Assembly: GCA_965197585.1 (NCBI GenBank)
Contig: OZ240215.1
Coordinates: 1,088,001-1,152,000 of the forward strand
Source of the DNA: Dehalococcoidia bacterium
GTDB taxonomy: Bacteria; Chloroflexota; Dehalococcoidia; Plut-88900
Length of the DNA: 64,000 bases
Reading direction: 5' to 3'
Under the pieces are notes generated by a model. The model saw only the letters and a program-made list of their open reading frames with translations. It did no database searches and had not been told where the DNA came from. Shown piece by piece: positions 9,007 through 19,073 of this stretch. The position numbers were made by a program, and so were the translations under genes. Each line of letters begins with the position of its first letter. Positions within the stretch are counted from its first letter, which is position 1.

Positions 9007-10548
9007 ATGAACAACGATTTCGACGTAATAATCATCGGTGGGGGCCACAATGGCCTCGTAGCCTCAGCTTACATGGCCAAGGCAGGAATGAGCGTGTTGG
9101 TTCTTGAACGCCGACACCTGGTCGGTGGCGCCTGCGTAACCGAGGAGCTTATCCCCGGCTTCCAGTTCTCTTCATGTGCCTACCTCTCGTGGCTCCTTCA
9201 GCCCAAGGTCGTCAAGGACCTGGAGCTTCACAAGCATGGTCTCGAGTTGTACAGGCTCGACCCCCATTCCGCCCGGCCCTTCCCGGACGGGAGCGGCATG
9301 CTGTTCTGGGACGACGAGGAGCGGACTAAAGAGTCTGTCGGCAGAATCAGCCCGGAAGATGTCGAAGGGTACACGGCGTGGTCGGAGTTCTGGGACAAAG
9401 CAGCCGAAATCATGCAGCCGTACATGCTCCAGCCGCCGCCCACCATGGAAGAAGTCGTGGAGCGTGTACGAGGCACCGAGCACGAGGATGTCCTCAATAC
9501 CCTTGTCACGGTCAGTATGGGCGAGCTTCTGGACCGCTATTTCGAGTCCGAGAAGATCAAGTCCTGCATGGTCTACTCCCCCGACCCCAGAGGCCTATGG
9601 GTCGTCGGCAACGCTCTTCCGTCCGCGTACTACGCCTGCAACCGCTACGTGGACCCTGCGGACACCGGACTGCCGAGAGGCGGAATGGGCGGCCTCACCC
9701 GTGCGATGGCTGCTTCAGCACGTTCCAGTGGGGTCTCCATATGGACCTCGGCCAAGGTAAAGAAGGTGATCATTAGGGAAGGCAAGGCTATAGGTGTAGA
9801 ACTCGAGGACGGGGAGCAGATCGAAAGCGCGATAGTAGTTTCCAACGCCGACCCCTTCCAAACTTTCCGCCACCTGGTCGGCCTCGAAAATCTTGATTCC
9901 GCCTTCTCAGATGCTCTGTCCAAGGCCAAGACCAACTTGACCCACCTGAAATTCCACTGTGCGCTGCGGGAAGCCCCCGACTTCTCCCGCCACTTCCCTG
10001 ACCAGGAGTCGAACAAATACATGGGTATGATGGACATATGCCCATCCCCTGAATACTTCCAGAACAGCTGCCGGGACACCGCAGAAGGCCGCTTCACCGA
10101 TTCTCCCATTCTGGAGTTTCAAGTTCCTACTGTACTCGACGACTCCCTTGCACCGAATGGCAATCACATACTCTCGGCCTTCATCTTACACGCCCCCCGT
10201 GTGTTGGCCTCCGGGTCCTGGGACGACGCCCGTGAAGAGACCGCCGAGAAGCTCATCAATAAGATCACCGAGTACGCTCCCAACTTCCGGGATTCCGTCA
10301 TCGACTGGCGGCTGATCACCCCTGAGGACATGGAGAGCAGGGTCGGGCTGACAAACGGCAACATCCATCACCTGGACCTGGTGGATTCCCAAATGCTCTC
10401 CAACCGCCCCCTTCCCGGCTGGTCCGACTACCGGACGCCGATAGAGGGGCTATATCTCTGCGGGGCCGGGACCCATCCGGGCGGTGAAGTCACGGGGGCC
10501 CCAGGGCACAACGCGGCCCACCAGGTTATAAAAGACTGGGCCTCCTGA
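9007..10548 (+). CDS. Phytoene desaturase-like FAD-dependent oxidoreductase
   Basis: IIGGGHNGL..LERRHLVGGA, YRTPIEGLYLCGAGTHPGGEVTGAPGHNAA. Confidence 0.9.
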   Translation: MNNDFDVIIIGGGHNGLVASAYMAKAGMSVLVLERRHLVGGACVTEELIPGFQFSSCAYLSWLLQPKVVKDLELHKHGLELYRLDPHSARPFPDGSGMLFWDDEERTKESVGRISPEDVEGYTAWSEFWDKAAEIMQPYMLQPPPTMEEVVERVRGTEHEDVLNTLVTVSMGELLDRYFESEKIKSCMVYSPDPRGLWVVGNALPSAYYACNRYVDPADTGLPRGGMGGLTRAMAASARSSGVSIWTSAKVKKVIIREGKAIGVELEDGEQIESAIVVSNADPFQTFRHLVGLENLDSAFSDALSKAKTNLTHLKFHCALREAPDFSRHFPDQESNKYMGMMDICPSPEYFQNSCRDTAEGRFTDSPILEFQVPTVLDDSLAPNGNHILSAFILHAPRVLASGSWDDAREETAEKLINKITEYAPNFRDSVIDWRLITPEDMESRVGLTNGNIHHLDLVDSQMLSNRPLPGWSDYRTPIEGLYLCGAGTHPGGEVTGAPGHNAAHQVIKDWAS

Positions 10549-10588
10549 CCGGGGCCGGACAATTCTGATGAAACGGAGACCTAGTTAG

Positions 10589-11719
10589 ATGGCCAGAAAC
10601 GGGTTCAAAGTGTTGGACAGCGACATGCACGTCATGGAACCGTCAGACCTGTGGCAGACCTACACCGATCCCAAATTCCGAGACCGCGCACCAGTGTTTC
10701 GCGGCGTGGAAACGAGCCACGGGTTCACCAACAAGTGGATAGTCGAAGGCAGGATTTTCCCCGCCCATTCCGACAGGAAACCTCGGACAGAGGTGCTCTC
10801 CGGTCGGCATGAGGCGATAACCGACAGGTTCGCCAAGGCCCGTGCCGCCAAGTTCGACAACGTCACCCAGTTGGAAGCCCTCAAGGTTGAAGGAATCGAC
10901 ATAGCCGTGCTGTTCCGCACATTCGGGGCCCACGTCATTGCTCTCGACGGCCTGGACCCCGACCTTGCTCTCGCCATCTGCGCCGCCTTCAACGACTGGC
11001 TGCATGACTTCTGCTCCGCCGACCCGTCTCGACTCAAAAGCGCCGCCCAGATGCCCATGCACGACGTCGAGAAGGCCACTCAGGAGGCCCGGCGCGCCGT
11101 GAAGGAGCTGGGCATGGTGGCACTCGTTCTACCCTCAAATCCTGTAAATGACCGGCCCTGGTACGACCCCTATTACGACCCGTTCTGGCAAGAGGCAGAA
11201 TCATTGGGAGTACCGGTCTGCTTTCACGGGATACAAGGAGCCTACCAACAGCATATCGGGACCCGGTTCCTGGATTCCTTCGTCATAGCCCACGCTGCCA
11301 CACACCCTATGGAGTTGATGATGGACGTCGGCAGCATGATCGGTGGAGGTGTTCTTGAGCGATTCCCGACCCTCAAGGCCGGGTTCCTTGAAGGCAATTG
11401 TAGCTGGCTTCCCTGGTGGCTCTGGCGGCTCGACGAGGAGTGGGAGACCTTCGGCCCGTGGGAGAGGACAAAGCTAGAGGGCCCACCCTCCGACTACTTC
11501 CGCCGCCAGGGCTTCATCTCCGTCGACGTGGACGAGTTCATGGTCAAGAACGTCATCGAAACCGTCGGGGACGACAATATTGTCCTCTCCACCGACTACC
11601 CTCACCACGACTCCAAGTACCCCGACGCCCTGGCCACATTCCTGGAGATGGACGTCGTACCAGAGCCTTCGAGGAAGAAAATACTCTGGGACAACTGCGC
11701 CAGGCTCTACGGCATATAA
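10589..11719 (+). CDS. Amidohydrolase family 2 protein
   Basis: DSDMHVME, FLEGNCSW, STDYPHHD, DNCARLY. Confidence 0.9.
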   Translation: MARNGFKVLDSDMHVMEPSDLWQTYTDPKFRDRAPVFRGVETSHGFTNKWIVEGRIFPAHSDRKPRTEVLSGRHEAITDRFAKARAAKFDNVTQLEALKVEGIDIAVLFRTFGAHVIALDGLDPDLALAICAAFNDWLHDFCSADPSRLKSAAQMPMHDVEKATQEARRAVKELGMVALVLPSNPVNDRPWYDPYYDPFWQEAESLGVPVCFHGIQGAYQQHIGTRFLDSFVIAHAATHPMELMMDVGSMIGGGVLERFPTLKAGFLEGNCSWLPWWLWRLDEEWETFGPWERTKLEGPPSDYFRRQGFISVDVDEFMVKNVIETVGDDNIVLSTDYPHHDSKYPDALATFLEMDVVPEPSRKKILWDNCARLYGI

Positions 11720-11766
11720 ACGTTTTACATAAGCACACCGAATCATTAACATAAAGAAAGGCATAC

Positions 11767-12924
11767 ATGGACGTTATCAAGATCAGGTCGCAAATTCCCG
11801 TCTGTAGCAACCTTATCTACCTGAACACCGGTTGGTCGGGACCGTCTCCCGAGCCGGTCCTCGACGCCATCAAGGCGAGGATCGACTACGAGTCGGCGGA
11901 AGGGCCGGTCAGCAAGCCGGTTCTTGAGTCGGGCCACGAAATCGAGGACGGCACACGGCAGGCCGTGGCTAGCCTTCTGAACGTTGCCCCGGACGAGCTT
12001 GCCCTGACCCAGAACACCACCGAGGGCCTGAACATGGTGATGGCCGGCTTCCCCTGGCAGGAAGGCGACGAGATCATCACCTTCGACATTGAGCACCTGT
12101 CCGTAATGATCCCCTGTCTGTACGCCGAGAAAAGGCACGGGGTCAAGGTTCGGGTCGTCGAGCTAGGCACCAACGACGAATGGGACACCATCCTTAGCAA
12201 AGTCGAGGCGCAGATGAATCCCCGAACTCGGATGATCGCCTTCAGCCACATCCAGTTTTCCTGTGGCCTGCGCATGCCTCTGGAGGGAATCCGATCCCTG
12301 ACCAAGGACAAGGGGATCTACATGCTGGTGGACGGGGCCCAGACCCCCGGACACATAGCGCTGGACCTTTCGGGGGTGGGCGTGGACTTCTACTCGACCC
12401 CCGGCCACAAGTGGATACTCGGGCCGGAGGGCACGGGTGCTCTGTTCATCAGGCGAGACCACATCGAGATGATCAACCCCTCCTACGTCGGCCACAGCGC
12501 CGTCGACACGGAGAAAAAGCCCCTCGAATTCGATCTTTCCGGGATGAACAAGTTCAAGGTGAGCACCACCAGCGCAGCTCTCGCCGCGGGATACGGAGCC
12601 GCCATCGGCTTCATCAACGATGCCGGCCCCGCGGACATTGAGGCCCGTAACATCGCCCTGTCCAGCTACTTGAAAGCTAAACTGCTGGAGCGTGGCGGCT
12701 ACGATGTTCTCTCGCCGCTGGAAGGCCCGGGCCTCTGCGGTCTCACTTCCTTCCGCGCCGAGGGCGCGACATCCCAGGAAATAGTAGATCGGTTGTGGGA
12801 AGACCACAGGATCGTGGCCCGCTCGGTGGGCGGGGTAGACTGTGTCCGAATCTCATCCGACTTCTACAACACGGAAGAGGAGCTCGACCGGTTCATGGAG
12901 GCACTTTCAGCTATCGTAGCCTAG
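11767..12924 (+). CDS. Class V PLP-dependent aminotransferase (cysteine desulfurase/epimerase-like)
   Basis: YLNTG, NTTEGLN, VDGAQ, PGHKWILGPEGTG, FYNTEEE. Confidence 0.9.
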   Translation: MDVIKIRSQIPVCSNLIYLNTGWSGPSPEPVLDAIKARIDYESAEGPVSKPVLESGHEIEDGTRQAVASLLNVAPDELALTQNTTEGLNMVMAGFPWQEGDEIITFDIEHLSVMIPCLYAEKRHGVKVRVVELGTNDEWDTILSKVEAQMNPRTRMIAFSHIQFSCGLRMPLEGIRSLTKDKGIYMLVDGAQTPGHIALDLSGVGVDFYSTPGHKWILGPEGTGALFIRRDHIEMINPSYVGHSAVDTEKKPLEFDLSGMNKFKVSTTSAALAAGYGAAIGFINDAGPADIEARNIALSSYLKAKLLERGGYDVLSPLEGPGLCGLTSFRAEGATSQEIVDRLWEDHRIVARSVGGVDCVRISSDFYNTEEELDRFMEALSAIVA

Positions 12925-14186
12925 GCTGTCAGCCTGCGCTCGACCAACCGGCCCCGCTTGAATACGGCAGCCACGTCCGCCAAGGCGGATGGATTCTTGG
13001 TGGGGTCGCCGTTCGCCACCAGGATGTCTGCCTGCTTCCCTGCCTCCAGGGTCCCGACTCTGTCGGAGACTCTGAGAGCCCTTGCCGCTTCGCTGGTTCC
13101 CGACATCAGGGCTTCCATAGGGGTCAGCCCAGCCTTGGCTAAAGCCTCGATTTCCCGGGAAAAGTAACCGAACGGATATGCGCCCCAGCCGCAGTCGGAA
13201 CCGGCCACGAACTTGGCCCCCATTTCCCGTAGGCGGCTGCACTCGTCTATGCGTTCCTGCACGGCTCGCTCGCCCTTGGCCACTTCCTGCTTGTCCTCGT
13301 CGGTGAGTTCCTGGGCCTCGGCTTTCTCCTGCAGCAGCCTGAGCCTCGACTGCCACATAGCGAGAGTTGGGTTGTTCCGCACACCCTTCGATACCAGCCT
13401 CTCAGCCAACTCTTCATTGAATTGGTAGCTCTCGTCGGGAGCGGCGAATACGCAGTGTGCGATCATGGAAAACCCTGCGTCAACGGCCATCTCTATCCCC
13501 GCTGAGCATCGCGCATGTCCAAAGGTGGGTACGCTCTTCTCTCTCGCTGCGCCCGTGATGGCTTCCAGCTCTTCCAAACGGAAAGCTGCGGCGTAGGGCC
13601 GGGTCCCGAGGGTGCTGCCTCCGGTGGTCATTGCCTTCAGGAAATCGGCGCCCGCGTCCAGGTGCTCCTGGGCCTTGGCCCGCGCCTCCTCGGGCCCCGA
13701 GACCTCGGAGCCCATGAACCAGCAGTGCCCCCTGTGGATGGTGATGGGGTTGCCGCAGGCCAGCACGTCCGCCCCTATTACCGTTCCCTTCTCCAATTCA
13801 GCCTTCAAACGAAAGCCGAGATCATTCCACGCCCCGAGGTCGCACACGGTAGTGACCCCGGTTTCCAGGGCTATGCGTACGTTCCTGAATGAGCGGGTCA
13901 GGCGAATTTCGTCGTCATCCTCGGCGTTGACGTCTTCGCCCTTGCGGCTGTTGCCGGGCATGTTGGTGTGGGTATGGCAGTCTATCAGCCCGGGAACGAT
14001 TGACGCTCCGGGGTATTCGAGCACGGGCCCCGTGCCCCCGTCTCGGGCCTGGGCTTTCGGAATTACCCCTTTGATCAGCCCATCTTCAAGAACGAGGGCC
14101 GACCCCTCGTCCACATCCCCTCCCAGGCCGTCGATGATCCTGTCCGCTATAAGTATTGATGTCCCAGATCCGTCATGTTCAGGCAA
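12921..14186 (-). CDS. Amidohydrolase family 1 protein
   Basis: PGLIDCHTH, GVTTVCDLG, GSD, GTLEAGKQAD. Confidence 0.9.
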   Translation of the reverse strand: MPEHDGSGTSILIADRIIDGLGGDVDEGSALVLEDGLIKGVIPKAQARDGGTGPVLEYPGASIVPGLIDCHTHTNMPGNSRKGEDVNAEDDDEIRLTRSFRNVRIALETGVTTVCDLGAWNDLGFRLKAELEKGTVIGADVLACGNPITIHRGHCWFMGSEVSGPEEARAKAQEHLDAGADFLKAMTTGGSTLGTRPYAAAFRLEELEAITGAAREKSVPTFGHARCSAGIEMAVDAGFSMIAHCVFAAPDESYQFNEELAERLVSKGVRNNPTLAMWQSRLRLLQEKAEAQELTDEDKQEVAKGERAVQERIDECSRLREMGAKFVAGSDCGWGAYPFGYFSREIEALAKAGLTPMEALMSGTSEAARALRVSDRVGTLEAGKQADILVANGDPTKNPSALADVAAVFKRGRLVERRLTA

Positions 14187-14441
14187 TAGGTGCTCCCTTC
14201 GGAGAATTCTGCTGGGCGCTAGTCCTGCTCATTCTGCATTTGCCGGTTCTTTGCAGCGTTCATTTGCCACTGCCGATCCTGGAGCCATAGTATCACCACG
14301 GCTGTGGCAGCCACCCCGACAACCGATAGCGTAATGAACCCAATAGAGGCCAAGAAATATAAGATCAATCTGCCCATGCTATTACCTCCCGGAAACCCCG
14401 CGGCATCGGGGCCTATTGCGGCATCCCGGCCGTTGAAATGA

Positions 14442-14516
14442 TGGTCGGGGTGGCCGGATTTGAACCGGCGACCTCATGGTCCCAAACCATGCGCGCTACC
14501 CCTGCGCTACACCCCG
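14442..14516 (-). tRNA. tRNA-Pro(TGG)
   Basis: Reverse complement CGGGGTGTAGCGCAG..CATGG-TTTGGGA-CCATG..GGTTCAAATCC..CACCCCGACCA, with encoded CCA. Confidence 0.95.
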
Positions 14517-14524
14517 ATGGTCAA

Positions 14525-14553
14525 ATCATATTCCGGGCCCGTATGCCGGTCAA
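14525..14553 (-). promoter_or_regulatory. Sigma70-type promoter of tRNA-Pro
   Basis: TTGACC-17 nt-TATGAT on the minus strand just upstream of the tRNA. Confidence 0.7.
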
Positions 14554-14635
14554 GGAAAACGGCTCGGTACACGGTTCCGGAATGGACAATCCCCACCCCC
14601 CAAACTAGACTTCCCACCTGCCCGGAGATCTTTTC

Positions 14636-14773
14636 ATGAACAACCGTAAGACGATATTACTGATAGGGGCCTTTCTACTCGCAGCAGGCCTGAGCCTCTT
14701 GGCCCGACTGCTTGACGATAGGAAGAAGGCACGCACCCCTGAGTCGAGGCCTGGCCCCGATTCAGACGGATAA
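14636..14773 (+). CDS. Small single-pass membrane protein, 45 aa
   Basis: Not in ORF track. Translates as MNNRKTILLIGAFLLAAGLSLLARLLDDRKKARTPESRPGPDSDG. GGAG RBS and TGGACA-17-TAGACT promoter at 14583-14611. Confidence 0.55.
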   Translation: MNNRKTILLIGAFLLAAGLSLLARLLDDRKKARTPESRPGPDSDG

Positions 14774-15481
14774 GTCCCTGCGGGCGAATATCGCCAGCGC
14801 AGCCAGGTGCCCCCCTACTACGATTCCCCCCAGAATCCCTATTCCCATCCAGTCTACAGTCCCGCTCTGTAGCAGTTCGGACGGGTCGTAGTAGTGGAAG
14901 ATGGATACGGACGCTAGCCACTTCAGTCCCTCGTAACCCGACCCTATCACCTCGGCCAGGTAGGCAGCAAAGGTTATGACGGAGGTGAGGGCCAGGGCGG
15001 TTCTCTGGTTCGAGCACATTGCAGAGGCAATCAGCGTATAGCTGAAGACCGTCATCACCAGCAGATAACCCACTACGGTTGAAAGGGCCAGACGCTCAAT
15101 GCTGATATCCGCCTCGACTATGGCCACTGCCAACGCGCTTGAGGCCCAACCGACAAAAGCCAACCCTGCCACAGCCAGCGCAAAGAACATGGATTTCCCT
15201 AGAGCCGTGTGTCGGCGGCGCAGAGGCAGGGTGCCGAGCGTCAGGAGCATATTGTCCCTCTGGTTGTTGGACAGGCAACCGGATGAGAAGATCAGGGCAT
15301 AGACTATGAGGTAGAAGACAAGGGAGCCTGTGGCGGGCAGAGGGAGATGAGCGGGACCGTACGCGGGCATTTCCGGAACCCAGAAAACCGAGAGCGCTCC
15401 TAATACGAACAGGGCCAAGGCCCACGAGACCAGAGCCAATCGACTCATCTTGAAATGGAGATGCAGAAGACGGCTGGTCAT
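14762..15481 (-). CDS. ABC-2 type transporter permease
   Basis: About 6 TM helices, SIFHYY and C-terminal FARRDL. ATGA-coupled to the ATPase. Confidence 0.8.
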   Translation of the reverse strand: MTSRLLHLHFKMSRLALVSWALALFVLGALSVFWVPEMPAYGPAHLPLPATGSLVFYLIVYALIFSSGCLSNNQRDNMLLTLGTLPLRRRHTALGKSMFFALAVAGLAFVGWASSALAVAIVEADISIERLALSTVVGYLLVMTVFSYTLIASAMCSNQRTALALTSVITFAAYLAEVIGSGYEGLKWLASVSIFHYYDPSELLQSGTVDWMGIGILGGIVVGGHLAALAIFARRDLSV

Positions 15482-16386
15482 ACGTACGGGCCCGGGCCAT
15501 AGCCCTTCATCATGTCCATCAGTATGTTCTCAACCGCATTGTCAATGACCTCGACGTCCTCCACCGAGTACCTGCCGAGCCTCTTCAACAGGCTTCCCGC
15601 CTCCCCGTCCAGCGTTACTACCCACTCTCTGCCGTTGCGGCTGACCACCGACATGTTGTGAGTGATGATGTCCTGGAGCTCTACGTCTTCCCGAAAAATT
15701 ATCTTCACCCGCCTGCCGAGCTTCCGGTTCAATGTGGGCATTTCCCGGATGAAGTTCATATCGCCGTTAACGAGCGTGCCCACTCTATCGCTGACCTTGG
15801 CGGCCGTACGCGGTGAGTCGGTCGAGATGACGATGGTCGTGCCTTTCCGTCGCTCCTCATCTACCAGGTCGTACATTACACGTTGAGAGGACTCGTCCAG
15901 GTTGTGAAAAGGGCTGTCCAGGAGAAGTATGGGTGGATTGTGCTGGAGAGCCAGCGCCCACGCCAGCCGCACCATCTCACCCCGTGAACAGTTGCCAATC
16001 TTCTCGGATTCGTTGATCTTGAGCCGCTCCATCAATTCTTGGCGCCTGGGGGCCCCTGCCTTTCGGGCTGCGGCGCTCAGGTCTATATATTCCCGCCCCG
16101 TTAGGTCCGGGTGGAACCGTTGGTCGCCGAATACACACCCCATCCTCTCTCTGACCCGGTCGGACTCCGATGCGCAATCGTAGCCCAGGACTTCTGCCGT
16201 GCCACGCGTGGGCCGTTTCAAGCCTAGGAGGATGTGCATTAGCGTTGTCCTCCCGGAGCCGCTCGGGCCCAGGATAGCAAAGGTCTCACCTTCACCAACG
16301 TCGAAATATACGCTCTCCAATGCCACGGTGTTGCCGTAGTGTTTGGTGAGGTCGGTTACTTGGATGAAGCGCTCTTTCCTGAACAT
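15478..16386 (-). CDS. ABC-2 exporter ATP-binding subunit with degenerate catalytic motifs
   Basis: Overall ABC fold (DLTKHYG, GPSGSGRT, CSRGE, LLLDSP), but the key K/E/H residues are replaced. Confidence 0.8.
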   Translation of the reverse strand: MFRKERFIQVTDLTKHYGNTVALESVYFDVGEGETFAILGPSGSGRTTLMHILLGLKRPTRGTAEVLGYDCASESDRVRERMGCVFGDQRFHPDLTGREYIDLSAAARKAGAPRRQELMERLKINESEKIGNCSRGEMVRLAWALALQHNPPILLLDSPFHNLDESSQRVMYDLVDEERRKGTTIVISTDSPRTAAKVSDRVGTLVNGDMNFIREMPTLNRKLGRRVKIIFREDVELQDIITHNMSVVSRNGREWVVTLDGEAGSLLKRLGRYSVEDVEVIDNAVENILMDMMKGYGPGPYV

Positions 16387-16453
16387 GCCAGCGCGATTCT
16401 ACCCCTTTTGCGCTCCCCTCGCCCCTCCGCACCCCTCCCAACTTGCCGGTCTT

Positions 16454-19027
16454 TCAGTTGATGGAGAAGACGGACCCCTGCTCGGTTTTTGTGACCTGGA
16501 TGCGGACAGGGAAGGCCTCCTTCAGTTCGTCGATGTGGGTGATGACGATTATACGGTCGAAGTCTTCCTGTATCGAGTATATGGTGTCCAGCAGCTTTTC
16601 GCGCCCTGCCCCGTCCTGCGTCCCGAACCCCTCGTCGATGAACAATATGCGCAGCGGCGCTCCGGCCCGCCGAGTCAGCAGCCGGGAAATTGCCACCCGT
16701 AATGCAAAGTTGATGCGGAACGCCTCGCCGCCGCTGAACATCTCGTAGGGCCGAGCCCCGAGCTCATCTGCAATGTTGATGTCCAGCGTCTCAATTGAGC
16801 CGCCGGTGCGCTTCTCCCGCTGTGTCTCGATTTTGACGTGCATCCGGTTGTCCGTCATGCGGCTGAGGAGCCGATTTGCCTCATCTTCGATCTCGGGCAG
16901 GACGGTCTCGATAATCAGGGCCTGGACTCCGCCTTTGCCAAACGCCCGAGCCAACTCTTCGTAGCTCCCCTTCTCCCGATTGGCGCGGTTGAGCTGGACC
17001 CTCTGGACTTTGGCCCGCGCCTCAAGCTCGCGGATGGTCTGGAGCCGCTCCCGCAGACCGGCGAGCCGGTCCCGACGCTCCCTCAAATTTCGGCCAACCC
17101 CTTCCAACGATGATTGAACCTCCCTCAACCTCCGGGCCAGGCCGGGTAGTTGATTTGCCTGCTCTTCGATTCCTTGAAGACTGGTCCGTTCGGCTTCAAT
17201 GCGGGATTGCAGTTCGGTGCTGCGGACCTCTGCCAAGCGAAGGTCGTCCCGTGCCTCATCACTGCGGCTCCTAGCCTCCTGCAGCTTCAACCAGGCGAGG
17301 TCCGAGCCTTGAAGGGATCGTACCTGCTCGGAGACCTGCTGGTGGGAGTCGGGATCGTACGCCAGGGCCCCGAGCCGGCGATTCACCTCAGACAGCTGGC
17401 CTCGCATTTCCTGATTGAACATGTCTTCTTCCAGGAGCGCCGATACCGCAGTCCGCTCCTCTTGTAAAGGCACTAGCAGACCCGCCGCCTCCTCACCTTC
17501 TCTGACGTCCCGTTCCAGTACCACAACCCGAGCCTGCAGGTCCCTCCGCTCCTTCTCTGCTTCGGCTTGTGCCTTCTGTGTGTCCGTCTTCGCCCTGTCC
17601 CGCTCAGCAGTCATTTCCGTGACCTGACGACGATTTTCATCGTACTTACGGCGTCGTTGTTCACCCTCGGAATTCAGCGCCGACCGAACGTGCTCGATAC
17701 CCGCCTCCGCCAGTGAAGTCCCACACGTCGGGCACTGGGACACACCTTCGGTAAGCAGGTCCACCTTCTTGCGCAGCTCCTTCATCTCTTCGACCAGGTT
17801 GCGATTATCGGATTCCAGGCTGCGTATGGCTACGGACATCTCTTCCTGACAGCGGGACTCCTCATTCAGTTCGAGGAAGAGCTCGTCCAGGGCCGCGAGC
17901 CTCTCGGCGCTCTGGGCCAACCTCTCCTCCGAGACCTCTATCCTGGACTGCTTCTCTTCCAGCGCCCGACACTCGGCCTTGAGCCGTTCCAGCTTGGCAT
18001 TGAGCTGGACACGCTCGGCATCCAATTGCCGTTCTAACTTATTGCACTGGTCGGTGAGCCGGCTGTGCTCCCTCAATCCGTCAGCGAATTCCTTTTCCGC
18101 CTCGACTGCGTGGCGAAAGCGTGCATACCGATCTTCCAGAGCATCGGCGTCCTGGAGCAGGCGGTCATAGTCTGCCAGCTGAGACTTGTGCCTCTCCACG
18201 TCTCCTCGGGTGCGCGACAAGTCCTCCTCCAGCACGCGCAGCCGAGTCCTAAGTGAGTCCAGTTCCGAAACACTGGATTCGATGCGGATCTTCCGGGCCG
18301 TCAACTCTTGAACGACCTCGTGCCGCCTGCTTTCCTCAGTTTCCAGTCCTCCCACTTCTTCCAAAAGGCGGCTGACATCGGCCTCCAAATCCGGCCTTTT
18401 CTCAGATTCCCTTTCGATTTCGGCCAAAGAATGCTCAAGTTGCGTCGACTCCCTTTCCCTCGTACGCGCCTTCTGCCTCGACAACTCTTCAAGGGTGTCG
18501 TAGTAGGAAAGGTCCAGTATGTCGGCGAGGACTTCCTTGCGCTCCTTGGGGGTACGGAGGGTGAACTCGTCGGCCCGGCCCTGGCGGAGAAAGGCGCTGT
18601 TGACGAAGGTCTCGTATTCAAGGCGCAGGAGTTGGCTGATCTGGGCCTGGGTCTCGGCGATTGTGTTCCCGGTGATGGGCCTGAACTGCCCTCCGCCCCC
18701 CGACCCCGCAATCTGAAGCTCCAGCACGCTCGCCCCCGACCCCCGGCCCCTGGCCCTTTTCCGCTTCCTTATCACCCGGTACGCGTCCTCCCCGTTGGAG
18801 AATTCCAGCTCCACCTCCATGTCCGATTCACCGATGTGAATAAGGTCGTCGACTCCCCTTCCCCTCGCCTTTCCCCACAATGCCCAGGTCATTGCGTCCA
18901 GCAGCGCCGACTTGCCGTGGCCGTTGTCACCACAGATACAGGCTACGTGGATGCCTTCCAGCGTCAGCGGTTCCGGGACGTCCCGGTAGCACATGAAATT
19001 CTTGAGGCGCAGCCGGAGGGGAATCAC
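16454..19027 (-). CDS. sbcC: SbcC/Rad50 SMC-family ATPase
   Basis: LKNFMCY, GDNGHGKS, coiled coils with a CPTC zinc hook, FSGGE, LFIDEGFGTQD, ITH. Confidence 0.92.
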   Translation of the reverse strand: MIPLRLRLKNFMCYRDVPEPLTLEGIHVACICGDNGHGKSALLDAMTWALWGKARGRGVDDLIHIGESDMEVELEFSNGEDAYRVIRKRKRARGRGSGASVLELQIAGSGGGGQFRPITGNTIAETQAQISQLLRLEYETFVNSAFLRQGRADEFTLRTPKERKEVLADILDLSYYDTLEELSRQKARTRERESTQLEHSLAEIERESEKRPDLEADVSRLLEEVGGLETEESRRHEVVQELTARKIRIESSVSELDSLRTRLRVLEEDLSRTRGDVERHKSQLADYDRLLQDADALEDRYARFRHAVEAEKEFADGLREHSRLTDQCNKLERQLDAERVQLNAKLERLKAECRALEEKQSRIEVSEERLAQSAERLAALDELFLELNEESRCQEEMSVAIRSLESDNRNLVEEMKELRKKVDLLTEGVSQCPTCGTSLAEAGIEHVRSALNSEGEQRRRKYDENRRQVTEMTAERDRAKTDTQKAQAEAEKERRDLQARVVVLERDVREGEEAAGLLVPLQEERTAVSALLEEDMFNQEMRGQLSEVNRRLGALAYDPDSHQQVSEQVRSLQGSDLAWLKLQEARSRSDEARDDLRLAEVRSTELQSRIEAERTSLQGIEEQANQLPGLARRLREVQSSLEGVGRNLRERRDRLAGLRERLQTIRELEARAKVQRVQLNRANREKGSYEELARAFGKGGVQALIIETVLPEIEDEANRLLSRMTDNRMHVKIETQREKRTGGSIETLDINIADELGARPYEMFSGGEAFRINFALRVAISRLLTRRAGAPLRILFIDEGFGTQDGAGREKLLDTIYSIQEDFDRIIVITHIDELKEAFPVRIQVTKTEQGSVFSIN

Positions 19028-19073
19028 TTCGCTGCTCCCGAGCCCTTCATCGGAAACGTGGAAGCGGAGTCCA

